From an uncultured Anaerolineales bacterium (GTDB lineage Bacteria > Chloroflexota > Anaerolineae > Anaerolineales > UBA11858): 64,000 bases of DNA. This document shows, one piece after another, positions 9,710 through 18,900 of the stretch (positions within the stretch are counted from its first letter, which is position 1; each line of letters starts with the position of its first letter). The notes beneath the pieces were generated by a model. That model worked only from the letters and a program-made list of their open reading frames with translations, did not search any database and was not told the DNA's origin. The stretch is taken from positions 11,984-75,983 of the forward strand of contig CAYWIC010000001.1 of assembly GCA_964458115.1 (NCBI GenBank), written 5' to 3'. The position numbers were made by a program, and so were the translations under genes.

Positions 9710-10357
9710 TCAGTTATCAATTTTGATATCGAGCGGCAGCTCAGTTTGGAAGGGGGGTAACTCCAAGCTTTGGCGGATGCGATTCTCAACCAGTTGCAGG
9801 TCTTCTAAGTTGGCAACGTAGTTAAGATTGTTCGTATCAATGGTTAGAATTTTGGGTCCGTTGAAACCATCTCCAAAAAAATCCTCATAAGCCTGATTTA
9901 GCTCGGCAATATAGCCTGAATCCATATCTCTTTCGTAAGGTCGATCTCGGTGTGCGATACGTTGCATCAGCACATCGGTGCTTGCTCGCAAATAGACGAT
10001 TAGATTTGGGAGATGGATTTTTTCAGCTAAGGCATCATGCACTTGGTGATAGGTGTCGAGTTCATCATTTTCGAGGTTGATCCCGGCAAAAAGAGCGTCT
10101 TTTTTGAACGTGTAATCTGCAATCACATTCTTCCCCGGTTTCAGAAGTTTAGAAACAGCCCGCTGCTGATGATAGCGGCTGAGCAAAAAGAAAATCTGGG
10201 TTTGAAATGCATATCGCTCTCGATCGGAATAGAAATCTGCTAGAAACGGGTTTTCTTCGAATACTTCCAGAAGCATTTCAGCTTCAAATATTGGTTGTAG
10301 AAGACGGGCTAATGTGGTTTTGCCGACACCGATGACGCCTTCGATCGCGATGTACAT
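9710..10357 (-). CDS. deoxynucleoside kinase
   Basis: P-loop IAIEGVIGVGKTTLARLL and lid RIAHRDRPYERDM. The ATG at 10357 is preferred over the TTG at 10393. Confidence 0.8.
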   Translation of the reverse strand: MYIAIEGVIGVGKTTLARLLQPIFEAEMLLEVFEENPFLADFYSDRERYAFQTQIFFLLSRYHQQRAVSKLLKPGKNVIADYTFKKDALFAGINLENDELDTYHQVHDALAEKIHLPNLIVYLRASTDVLMQRIAHRDRPYERDMDSGYIAELNQAYEDFFGDGFNGPKILTIDTNNLNYVANLEDLQLVENRIRQSLELPPFQTELPLDIKIDN

Positions 10358-10436
10358 ATTCCCTCGAATTCGCTTTGTTTGGAGAGGTATCAATTTTCTT
10401 CAAGGATACCAGCCTTTGATTTCTGCCACAAGGTTC

Positions 10437-10464
10437 TTGACAAATGCGAATCTAACATTACAAT
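10437..10464 (+). promoter_or_regulatory. sigma70-like promoter of ssb
   Basis: TTGACA, 16 bp, then TACAAT, about 40 nt upstream of the ssb ATG. Confidence 0.45.
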
Positions 10465-10502
10465 AATAGTGCAGAATAATTTCAAATTACAAGGAGAGCG
10501 AT

Positions 10503-10874
10503 ATGGCTGGTCTCAACCGTGTACAACTAATTGGTCATTTGGGAAAAGATCCGGAGAGCCGATACACCCCCTCCGGGCGGCAGGTCTGTTCCTTCAGTAT
10601 CGCCGTTGGACGTCGCTGGAAGGGCTCCAATGGGGAAGAAAAACAGGCTACAGATTGGTTCAATGTGGATGCCTGGGGTCGTTTGGGGGAGATATGCCAA
10701 CAGTACCTGGGCAAAGGACGATTGGTGTTTGTGGAAGGGCGCCTGCAAATCGATCGAGTTGAGGGTGACGGCGATACTCGCTTTTTCACCAAGGTGGTAG
10801 CTTCTCAGATGCAAATGCTTGACCGCAAGCCTGAAGAATCTGAAGAGGCCCTCGAATTGGTCGAAGAAGAATAA
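10503..10874 (+). CDS. ssb: single-stranded DNA-binding protein
   Basis: MAGLNRVQLIGHLGKDPESRYTPSGRQVCSFSIAV OB-fold signature and an acidic C-terminal tail. Confidence 0.9.
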   Translation: MAGLNRVQLIGHLGKDPESRYTPSGRQVCSFSIAVGRRWKGSNGEEKQATDWFNVDAWGRLGEICQQYLGKGRLVFVEGRLQIDRVEGDGDTRFFTKVVASQMQMLDRKPEESEEALELVEEE

Positions 10875-10922
10875 GGGCCTTGCAGACTCCCTTGGGGTTG
10901 ATTGCTACATCCCTAACAAATA

Positions 10923-11438
10923 CTATGCTCGCGCCTCGAGTTCCAGCAACCAGGCTTTCGTTTCCAAGCCTCCGTACCCGCTATACCCATGCAACTTCCC
11001 ACCAGAGCTGATCACCCGGTGACAAGGGATCACTAAGGGGATTGGGTTGGTGGCTTCGGCTCGGCCCACAGCGCGCGAGGCCTTGGGGTTACCGACTTGA
11101 GCGGCGATCTCACCATATGTGCGTGTTTCACCTCGTGGAATTTCACAGGTTGCCCTGAGTGCTTTTTGTTGAAAAAGTGTCATCACTGACCAATCGATGG
11201 GCAAATCGAACGTCTCTCGCTCACCGCTTAGAAATTCCCCAATTTGACGTGTGCACTCTTCCGTGCGCTGCTCATCATGGACTACTACGCGCTGATGACG
11301 TTTATCCAGGGCTTCGGTAAACTTATTATTGTCATCTAGTAGCGAAACCGCCATAAGTCCATTTTCACCGATGGCAACCCAAACTACGCCAAGGGGTGTA
11401 GTGATAGTACTCCCAACATAGATAGTTTCAGAATTCAT
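10923..11438 (-). CDS. ogt: methylated-DNA--protein-cysteine methyltransferase
   Basis: Active-site IPCHRV motif and a helix-turn-helix (TYGEIAAQVGNPKASRAVG). Confidence 0.9.
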   Translation of the reverse strand: MNSETIYVGSTITTPLGVVWVAIGENGLMAVSLLDDNNKFTEALDKRHQRVVVHDEQRTEECTRQIGEFLSGERETFDLPIDWSVMTLFQQKALRATCEIPRGETRTYGEIAAQVGNPKASRAVGRAEATNPIPLVIPCHRVISSGGKLHGYSGYGGLETKAWLLELEARA

Positions 11439-11486
11439 AATTACTCCAATAAACTGTTCAACCTGCCGATGTGCAACAGTGAACGT

Positions 11487-12386
11487 TTAATAATTCGTCA
11501 CCATATCGATCATGCCGCGCTCTCGAGCGCGATGTTCGCACCAAAAGAAAATTACTGCGGCGAGCACGGCAAAGACGGCTGTCAGACCCAGTAGGATGCC
11601 CATTAATTGGGCATTATTGAATCCCGAAAGGGTGGGAAAGGCTTCAGCTACAGAGCCAACCAGAGAGCGCCGTAATAACTCCAGCCAATATGTGATAGGC
11701 ATGAAAAAGCCCACCGGACGCAAGAATTTGGGTAGCACCTCCAGCGGGAAGATGGCGCCGCTAAAAAGGTATAGCGCCCCTGCAGTGATATCGCCAATGA
11801 ACCAGACATGTTGTGCGATAAGCAAGGTGATCCCAGCCAGCATGAGTCCCATCATCGCCAGCATGATTACCCCGATAAATAAGGATAGAAAGAACAATCC
11901 CCAGTTCACCTCGGCCAGTTCGATCTGTACATGCAGGAAGGCAACGCCGAATAAGATCGTGATCAGCACCGAGATCGAAGAGACGATGAAACGCGCCACA
12001 CCTCTACCGAGCAAATAGGTTGGCATGTGGATGGGAGCGACGTACATATACTTGAGGGTTTTGTAATGCTCGCGGTCGTCGATCACAGCCCAAGAGATGC
12101 CGGTCATTACTCCACCGACGTACATATAGAAAGCGTTGCCCAGGTAGATGTAGGGAAAGATCGGTGTATCGAAGTTCCCATTGGTGATGATGCTGTACAT
12201 AACCACCAAGATAGCCGCACCTGCAAGCGGTTTGGCGATGGAGTAGATTGCGAAAAGAAATGGATCTGTCCAGTTAGATTCGATCTGCCACCCCAGCCAG
12301 GCGGCGATGCGGAATGTGCGTGTGAATGTGCTGCGATCAGGGATTAGGGATTGGATGTAAGTAATTGCTGATTTGCTTGTTTGCAT
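11487..12386 (-). CDS. ABC-2 type transporter permease
   Basis: Polytopic membrane protein, last gene of the ATPase-permease-permease unit. Confidence 0.75.
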   Translation of the reverse strand: MQTSKSAITYIQSLIPDRSTFTRTFRIAAWLGWQIESNWTDPFLFAIYSIAKPLAGAAILVVMYSIITNGNFDTPIFPYIYLGNAFYMYVGGVMTGISWAVIDDREHYKTLKYMYVAPIHMPTYLLGRGVARFIVSSISVLITILFGVAFLHVQIELAEVNWGLFFLSLFIGVIMLAMMGLMLAGITLLIAQHVWFIGDITAGALYLFSGAIFPLEVLPKFLRPVGFFMPITYWLELLRRSLVGSVAEAFPTLSGFNNAQLMGILLGLTAVFAVLAAVIFFWCEHRARERGMIDMVTNY

Positions 12387-12399
12387 AGTTGCCCTTTTT

Positions 12400-13284
12400 T
12401 TACCGCCTGCTCTCGGTCAAGCGGCCCTCGCGGATGGCCAATTTCTCCATATATGATAGGAGCAATTTGGCCGCGGTGAGAAAGATCACACACAGGATTG
12501 CGAGGATGCCCATTTCTACTGACACGCTGAGAAAGCCCAGAGCGGCCCCAGATGGGAATACCAATTGACGCATCGCATCTAATCCCAAGGTTAGAGGGAT
12601 GATTGATGCGGTCGCTGCTACCCAAATGTTAAAGCTCTTGATGGGGAAGTAGAACCCCGAAAACAGGTATACCGGCTCCTGGGCAAGGTTGGAAAGATGC
12701 CAGGCTTCGCGGCTTAGGAGCAAGAACAGCGAGGCGAATAACATCCCCATGCCATACAACGCCACCATTGCTAAGGTGAAAACTAGAAAGAGTTGACCAA
12801 AACTGGCTACAGCATAAGGGATCTTGAAGACCCAACTTCCCAGGATGGTGATAGCCAAGGCTCTCAATGTGGTGGCTACCAGGCCGCCTAATGCCATCCC
12901 GAGTAAGATCGCCATCATTGAGTTGGGTGCCATAATGTACAAAGACAGATTGCCCATCTCTTTTTCCCAATAGAGTTGGCTGGACATACTCCAAAGCACA
13001 TTCATCCAGAAAGCCGTCATCGCTCCGCCCATAACCACAAAGCCGACATATTCATCCGGCGCGTCAATAGCCCGGTAGACAAACACATAGGCCGAAACTG
13101 CCAGCATTGGCAACAAAATATCAAAGATCATCCACGACTTTTCGCGCTGCTGCCCAATGATGCGTGGGTACGCGCGGGCGATTACGGTTTGGAAGAACAA
13201 TTTGACGCCCGTATTTTTCTCAAGCTGCTGACTGCTGTCAGCGGACAGCGGTCTGTCGTCTGCTATCTGTGGTCTATTGCTCAC
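12400..13284 (-). CDS. ABC-2 type transporter permease
   Basis: Polytopic membrane protein whose start overlaps the ATPase stop by 11 nt. Confidence 0.75.
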   Translation of the reverse strand: MSNRPQIADDRPLSADSSQQLEKNTGVKLFFQTVIARAYPRIIGQQREKSWMIFDILLPMLAVSAYVFVYRAIDAPDEYVGFVVMGGAMTAFWMNVLWSMSSQLYWEKEMGNLSLYIMAPNSMMAILLGMALGGLVATTLRALAITILGSWVFKIPYAVASFGQLFLVFTLAMVALYGMGMLFASLFLLLSREAWHLSNLAQEPVYLFSGFYFPIKSFNIWVAATASIIPLTLGLDAMRQLVFPSGAALGFLSVSVEMGILAILCVIFLTAAKLLLSYMEKLAIREGRLTESRR

Positions 13285-14278
13285 CTGCTTCTACCTCCTC
13301 CATGCTGCGACCCACCAGGTCGACGAAAACATCTTCCAAGGTAGGTTCGCGCTTCTGCAGGTTGAGAATATGCACATCGTTCGAGGTCATCATGTTGACT
13401 ACACCACCCAGAGCATCGTCTTTCTCAAGGATCAGGTCCAATTCGGCAGAGCCATCTTTGGGAGCATGAACCACTTTCCTCACTCCGGGCAACTCTTCGA
13501 AGGAATCCACATTCAGCCCGTTCAGGGGGCTGACCTCCATCTTGAAGATGGCATCCTGTTGAAGTCGGCGTTTCAAATTGGCAGGTTGATCACAGGCCAA
13601 AACTCGCCCTTCGTTGATAATCGCCACGCGGTCACACAGCTCATCAGCTTCGACCATATAGTGTGTGGTCAGCAGCAGGGTGCGGGTGTGGTCTTCGTCG
13701 ATCCAATCGCGGATGAAACCGCGCACGTCACGCGATGCTCCCACATCGAGGCCCAGGGTCGGCTCGTCCAGGAAGAGCACATCGGGGTTGGTCATAAAAC
13801 CGCGCACAATATTCATCTTCTGGCGCAGGCCGGTGGAGAGATCAGATGATTTTGTGTTGATACGATCTCCGAGACCGACAATCTCGAGCAGTTGTTTGAT
13901 GCGCCGATTGGCCTCCTTGGAGGGGATGCCGTAAAACTGGCTGAACATCCAAAGATTTTCGCGCACGGTGAGCAAACCATAACCGGACGACTCGCCCCCC
14001 GAGACCATATTGATGCGAGAGCGTACCTTTGGGGGGTCCTTGATGACATCGAAACCGCTAACACAAGCCTGGCCGGTAGTAGGCGCCAGCAGGGTTGTGA
14101 GGATCTTGATCAGTGTGGTTTTGCCCGCTCCATTAGGGCCCAGCAGCCCAAACAATTCTCCTTGGGGAATTTCCAGATCGACCTTGTGCAGGGCTTCCAG
14201 TTCCTTGGGGTCAGATTTCTTTCCACCGCGAATCTTATAGATTCGCCCTAAGTTTTGTGTGTGAATGGCTGAGTTCAT
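13274..14278 (-). CDS. ABC transporter ATP-binding protein
   Basis: Walker A GPNGAGKTT, signature LSTGLRQKMNI, Walker B LFLDEPTLGLD. Confidence 0.9.
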   Translation of the reverse strand: MNSAIHTQNLGRIYKIRGGKKSDPKELEALHKVDLEIPQGELFGLLGPNGAGKTTLIKILTTLLAPTTGQACVSGFDVIKDPPKVRSRINMVSGGESSGYGLLTVRENLWMFSQFYGIPSKEANRRIKQLLEIVGLGDRINTKSSDLSTGLRQKMNIVRGFMTNPDVLFLDEPTLGLDVGASRDVRGFIRDWIDEDHTRTLLLTTHYMVEADELCDRVAIINEGRVLACDQPANLKRRLQQDAIFKMEVSPLNGLNVDSFEELPGVRKVVHAPKDGSAELDLILEKDDALGGVVNMMTSNDVHILNLQKREPTLEDVFVDLVGRSMEEVEAGEQ

Positions 14279-14313
14279 GAGAATATGATTAAAACTATCA
14301 GATTTGATGGTTT

Positions 14314-14343
14314 ATCGTAGGTTAAGCGTAGGGTAAGCGTCAA
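14314..14343 (-). promoter_or_regulatory. putative promoter of the ABC-2 exporter operon containing an 11-bp-phased direct repeat
   Basis: The minus strand reads TTGACGCTTACCCTACGCTTAACCTACGAT. This gives TTGACG and TACGAT hexamers, with ACGCTTA(C/A)C repeated 11 bp apart between them. Confidence 0.4.
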
Positions 14344-14465
14344 GCAATTTTCGAAGTCTTTTAGTATATTTATCCTCGAAGGGCGATTTCTCTTCTTCTC
14401 CTCCTTAGAGAGAGCCGGGTATGGCGAACCCGGCTCTCGGTGATTCTGGCGTAAATAAGGGACTA

Positions 14466-14960
14466 TCAGGCAGGGATTTGTTCAGCCAATAACTCTTGTA
14501 GTTGAACTTTGTGCAGAATAGGGTGCATGACAGCATGTTCCAGCATAGCGTCAATACAGTAACGGGTGCCCCAATTGGACTCATACTCTCGTCTATAAAA
14601 GGCTTTTTCATCAACATCAGCCAGGGGGGTGCTCCAGCGTTCGATCAAGTGTGTGATATAGCCGTCAGCCTGGGCTGCGATGACATCCAATGCTGGTGCC
14701 GGTTCGATCATAGGGTCTGGCAATTCTAGTTGTTTACAGATCCAGGTGATATAGCCGCGGTCTGCTCTAAGAACGTGCGATAGCAGTGCTTCTAAGGAGA
14801 CATAACTTGGATCGTCGGTCTCAGGTAACGTAAGATCAACTTTCTTGGCTTCCTTCCAAGCTGCAAGGCATTCACGTAGATACAACCCGCGCAGATGAAC
14901 CATGGTGCGCGCGCCACCGTATCGGTATTCAGGGAGAGGGTTTGTTTGTATCGGTGTCAT
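14466..14960 (-). CDS. DinB-superfamily-like protein
   Basis: Four-helix-bundle-like protein with a C-terminal EHAVMHPILH motif. Confidence 0.4.
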   Translation of the reverse strand: MTPIQTNPLPEYRYGGARTMVHLRGLYLRECLAAWKEAKKVDLTLPETDDPSYVSLEALLSHVLRADRGYITWICKQLELPDPMIEPAPALDVIAAQADGYITHLIERWSTPLADVDEKAFYRREYESNWGTRYCIDAMLEHAVMHPILHKVQLQELLAEQIPA

Positions 14961-15667
14961 GAGTTTGTTTCCTTAAATTTCTCATTCATCGCCAGAAGCC
15001 AACTCACGATTGGCTCAAGGTTCCGATAGTGCTCAAAACAGTAATCCACTAATGCCGCTGAATGCAGCTCTGCTGGATGTCCGCTTTCATTCCCAGCGGT
15101 CAACCCGCTATATAATAGCAACTCTGCATTTTTGTGTTCGGGATCGTATCCGCGTGGCACGCGTTTATAGGTCTTTTGCCCGACTCCGTAGCCTTTCTCG
15201 GCTACATCAACAACAGTCTGTGCCAAAGCAGGACCAAGTTCAGGGTCTACAACGGCCTCACGGTAGGCCTTGAGGATCGGTTTAGCAAAGGAATATAACC
15301 CCACCCCTAGCATCAAGTTATCAGCATCCAGGTGAAAGTAGTATCCAGGATTTTCGAACTTGGCGCCCTCCCCAACCCAGAACCACAACCCCAGGTTTGT
15401 TTTATAGGGAGTCTTGTCCTTAGAAAAGCGCGTGTCCCGGTAAATGCGAAAGATGGATTTATTGACGCGCGGGTCAGCGTTGACGCCGGGGGATATTTCT
15501 CCTAAGCGCTCCCCCATAGCGACCACAAAATCGCGTGCTGGGGTCATGACAAAATTCTCGAAATCAGGTTTGTGCTCTGTGAACCAGGTCTTGTTATTAT
15601 TGGCAGCTAGTTCAACGAAGAATAGGATGGCTTCTTCGGAAAATCCATTGAAGGGGGAAGAGGGCAT
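14957..15667 (-). CDS. DUF2461 (TIGR02453) family protein
   Basis: NNKTWFTEHKPDFE and RIYRDTRFSKDKTPYKT signature motifs. Confidence 0.8.
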   Translation of the reverse strand: MPSSPFNGFSEEAILFFVELAANNNKTWFTEHKPDFENFVMTPARDFVVAMGERLGEISPGVNADPRVNKSIFRIYRDTRFSKDKTPYKTNLGLWFWVGEGAKFENPGYYFHLDADNLMLGVGLYSFAKPILKAYREAVVDPELGPALAQTVVDVAEKGYGVGQKTYKRVPRGYDPEHKNAELLLYSGLTAGNESGHPAELHSAALVDYCFEHYRNLEPIVSWLLAMNEKFKETNS

Positions 15668-15914
15668 ATCGTTTGCTCCTTGGGCATCAACTTATCAGGT
15701 CTGACGGAACGCGGATCCATTATATTCGAACTAATGTTCTAGCACAAGTTTAGCAAACTTAAAGAATCGGATTCTTTAAGTCCAATTTGATGAAATTCTT
15801 CGAACCTCTGTGCTATAATGCCGATTAGTCACATAGTCTGGTAGTTGCATAGTCTGGTGGCCTTTCATTCTATTTGGCTATTTGACAATCAGACTAAGAG
15901 ACTACAGACTAACC

Positions 15915-18900
15915 ATGTCATTCGTCCATCTCCATACTCACACAGAATATTCCTTGCTCGATGGCTTCAGCAATATCAAGAAGCTGGTTCAGCGCGCCGC
16001 AGAATTGGAGATGCCCGCCTTGGCGATCACCGATCATGGCACCATGTTCGGCGCGATCGACTTCTATAAGGCAGCCACGGATGCTGGCATCAAGCCTGTG
16101 ATTGGGTTGGAAGCGTATATGGCAGCCCGGCGGATGACCGACCGGATTGCTCAATACGACAAGAAGTCGTCGCATTTGTTGCTCTTAGCCCAAAACCAAA
16201 CCGGGTATCAGAATCTGTTGAAGATTGCATCTGCAGCCCAGTTGCAAGGCTTCTATTATTTTCCACGTATTGACCATGAATTCCTTGCCGAACATGCTGA
16301 CGGGCTGATCTGCACATCAGGTTGCATGGCGGCCGAGATTCCCCGTTTGATCAATCGCGGTGATCTCAAAGGAGCCCGAACAAAATTAGATTGGTATTAC
16401 GACGTCTTCGGGGCGGAGAATTTCTATCTAGAACTCCAGGAACACGAAATTCCAGAGTTGCACAATATCAACAAGGCCCTGCTGGAACTCGGCCCGCGCT
16501 ACAACGCTCGCTATGTAGCTACCAACGATGTCCACTACATCAACCCTTCCGATGCGGAGTTGCAGGATATCTTGTTGGCTGTGCAGACCGGCTCACTTTT
16601 GACCGATCCCAAGCGCATGCGCATGTCCGATAGCACGTACTATCTGAAAAGTGCTGAAGAGATGAGCCGAATCTTTGTCGAAGTTCCCGAAGCGCTTACC
16701 AACACGCTGCTCATCGCTGAGCGCTGCGAAGTCGATTTGGGATTCAAAGGCTACCGCCTGCCCGATTTTCCTGTTCCCGAAGGCTATGATACGCAATCAT
16801 ATTTGCGAGAGTTATGTGAGCGCGGCCTGGAATGGCGCTACGGTTCCAACGCGCAAAACGAAGTTTATCAGGAGCGCCTGAATTACGAACTCGAGATCAT
16901 CCATACCATGGGCTTTGATGCCTACTTCTTGATCGTTTGGGATTTATGCCAATATGCCAAGAAGCAAGGTATCTGGTACAACGCCCGAGGTTCCGCAGCG
17001 GGTTCGATTGTGGCCTATGCCTTGGAGATCACCCTGGTTGATCCCATCGAGCATGAGCTGATTTTCGAGCGTTTCCTCAACCCTGGGCGTGTCTCCATGC
17101 CCGATATCGACCTGGATTTCCGCGACGACCGCCGTGCTGAGATGATGGAATACACCGCTCACAAATACGGCGATGACAAGGTTGCCCAGATCATCACCTT
17201 TGGCACCATGAAAGCCCGTGCTGCCATCCGCGATGTCGGGCGTGTCAAAGATATCCCCATCAACGAAGTCGACCGCATTGCCAAACTGATCCCCGCCATC
17301 CCAGGAAAGCCTGTAACAATTGAACAGGCGCTGGAAACCGTTCCTGAATTCAAGCAAGCATACAAATCTACTGCTTACATACAAGATTTAATCGATACAG
17401 CCATGGGGATGGAAGGTGTGGTTCGGAATGCTGGGACTCATGCTGCGGGAGTGGTGGTCACAGATAAGCCTATTATTGAGTATTTACCTCTCCACCGGCC
17501 TACTGGCTCAGCACAGGACAGCCCGGTCAAAACTGTTACTCAGTTCGAAATGTCGGTCATCGACGAGCAGGGCTTGCTCAAGGTCGATTTCCTGGGCCTC
17601 TCCACGCTGACGGTGATGGCCCGGGCATGCGACCTGATAAAAGAACGGCACGGGGTAGAGTTCAACCTCAATAATATTCCCTTAGACAATCCTGAAACGT
17701 ACGAACTCCTTGGACGCGGCGAGACAGCCGGGGTTTTCCAGGTTGAAGGGGCTGGGATGCGGCGCAACCTGGTGCAGATGAAGCCGAAGAACCTGGATCA
17801 TGTGATCGCCATGGTCGCTCTCTTCCGCCCTGGGCCGATGGATTTCATTCCTAGCTACATCAAACGTATGCATGGCCAGGAAGAGATCGAATACCTGCAT
17901 CCCGAGTTAGAGCCGATTTTGGGGGAAACCTACGGAATTACGGTCTATCAGGAGCAAATCATGTATACGGCCATGAACATGGCTGGGTACACGGCTTCCG
18001 AAGCGGATTTTTTGCGCAAAGGCGTCGCCAAGAAAAAAGCCGATGTGCTCTTGCAGCAGCGTAACCGCTTTGTGGGTGGGGCAGTCGAGAATGGCGTTTC
18101 AGAAGAGGTTGCTAACAAAATCTTCGATAATTGGGAGGCCTTCGCACGCTACGGCTTCCCCAAAGGCCATGCCGCCGATTATGGCGTTATCGCAGTGCAA
18201 ACCGCGTATCTCAAAGCCCATTACCCTGTTGAGTATATGACGGCGCTGCTTTCGGTCGAGTTGAACAATTCCGACAAAGTCGCTACTTATGTTGCCGACT
18301 GCCGTCGTATGGGCATAGAAGTCTTGCCGCCGGATATCAATTCCAGTGCCTGGGATTTCACGATAGAAGACGAGAGATTAGAAACTGAAGACGGAAGTGA
18401 AGCCGATCCCCCGCTTGATCAGAGTAATCACGAAGAGTCCCCCGACTCTGGTCAAAGTATCCGATTTGGTTTGGGTGCGGTCAAGAATGTTGGGCATGGA
18501 CCTGTAGATACATTGCTAGAAGCTCGTAAAGAAGGCCCATTTGACGACCTCGACGATTTTGTCCGGCGTGCCGATTTGCGCAAAGTCGGCAAACGCGCCC
18601 TGGAATGCCTGATCAAAGTAGGGGCTTTAGATGTCTTTGGTACGCGCCCCGCCTTGTTCGATGCCCTCGACCGGATTGTCTCCATTAGCTCTTCCTATTT
18701 CGCAGCTGCCGATTCTGGACAAATGACCATGTTTGGGCCGGGTACCGGCCTGGACGAAAGTATCGAATTGCCCGCTTTCAATGCCGAAGTCACCCGCCGC
18801 GAGCAGCTCGATTGGGAGCGCGAGTTAATTGGCCTCTATGTTTCTGATCACCCCCTCAGCACAGTGATGGAAGCCATCGATCAGAACGTGACGCATTATT

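Noticed and set aside
8664-10357. A nucleotidyltransferase gene next to a deoxynucleoside kinase gene, considered as a possible defence or toxin-antitoxin module
   Set aside because: There is no HEPN, effector, cyclase-sensor or small antitoxin partner nearby. The kinase looks like an ordinary salvage enzyme and the flanking genes are housekeeping (ssb, ogt). Nothing beyond adjacency supports a system.
13277-13849. 190-aa ORF on the plus strand
   Set aside because: It is antisense to the ABC ATPase, which has Walker A/B and signature motifs on the minus strand.
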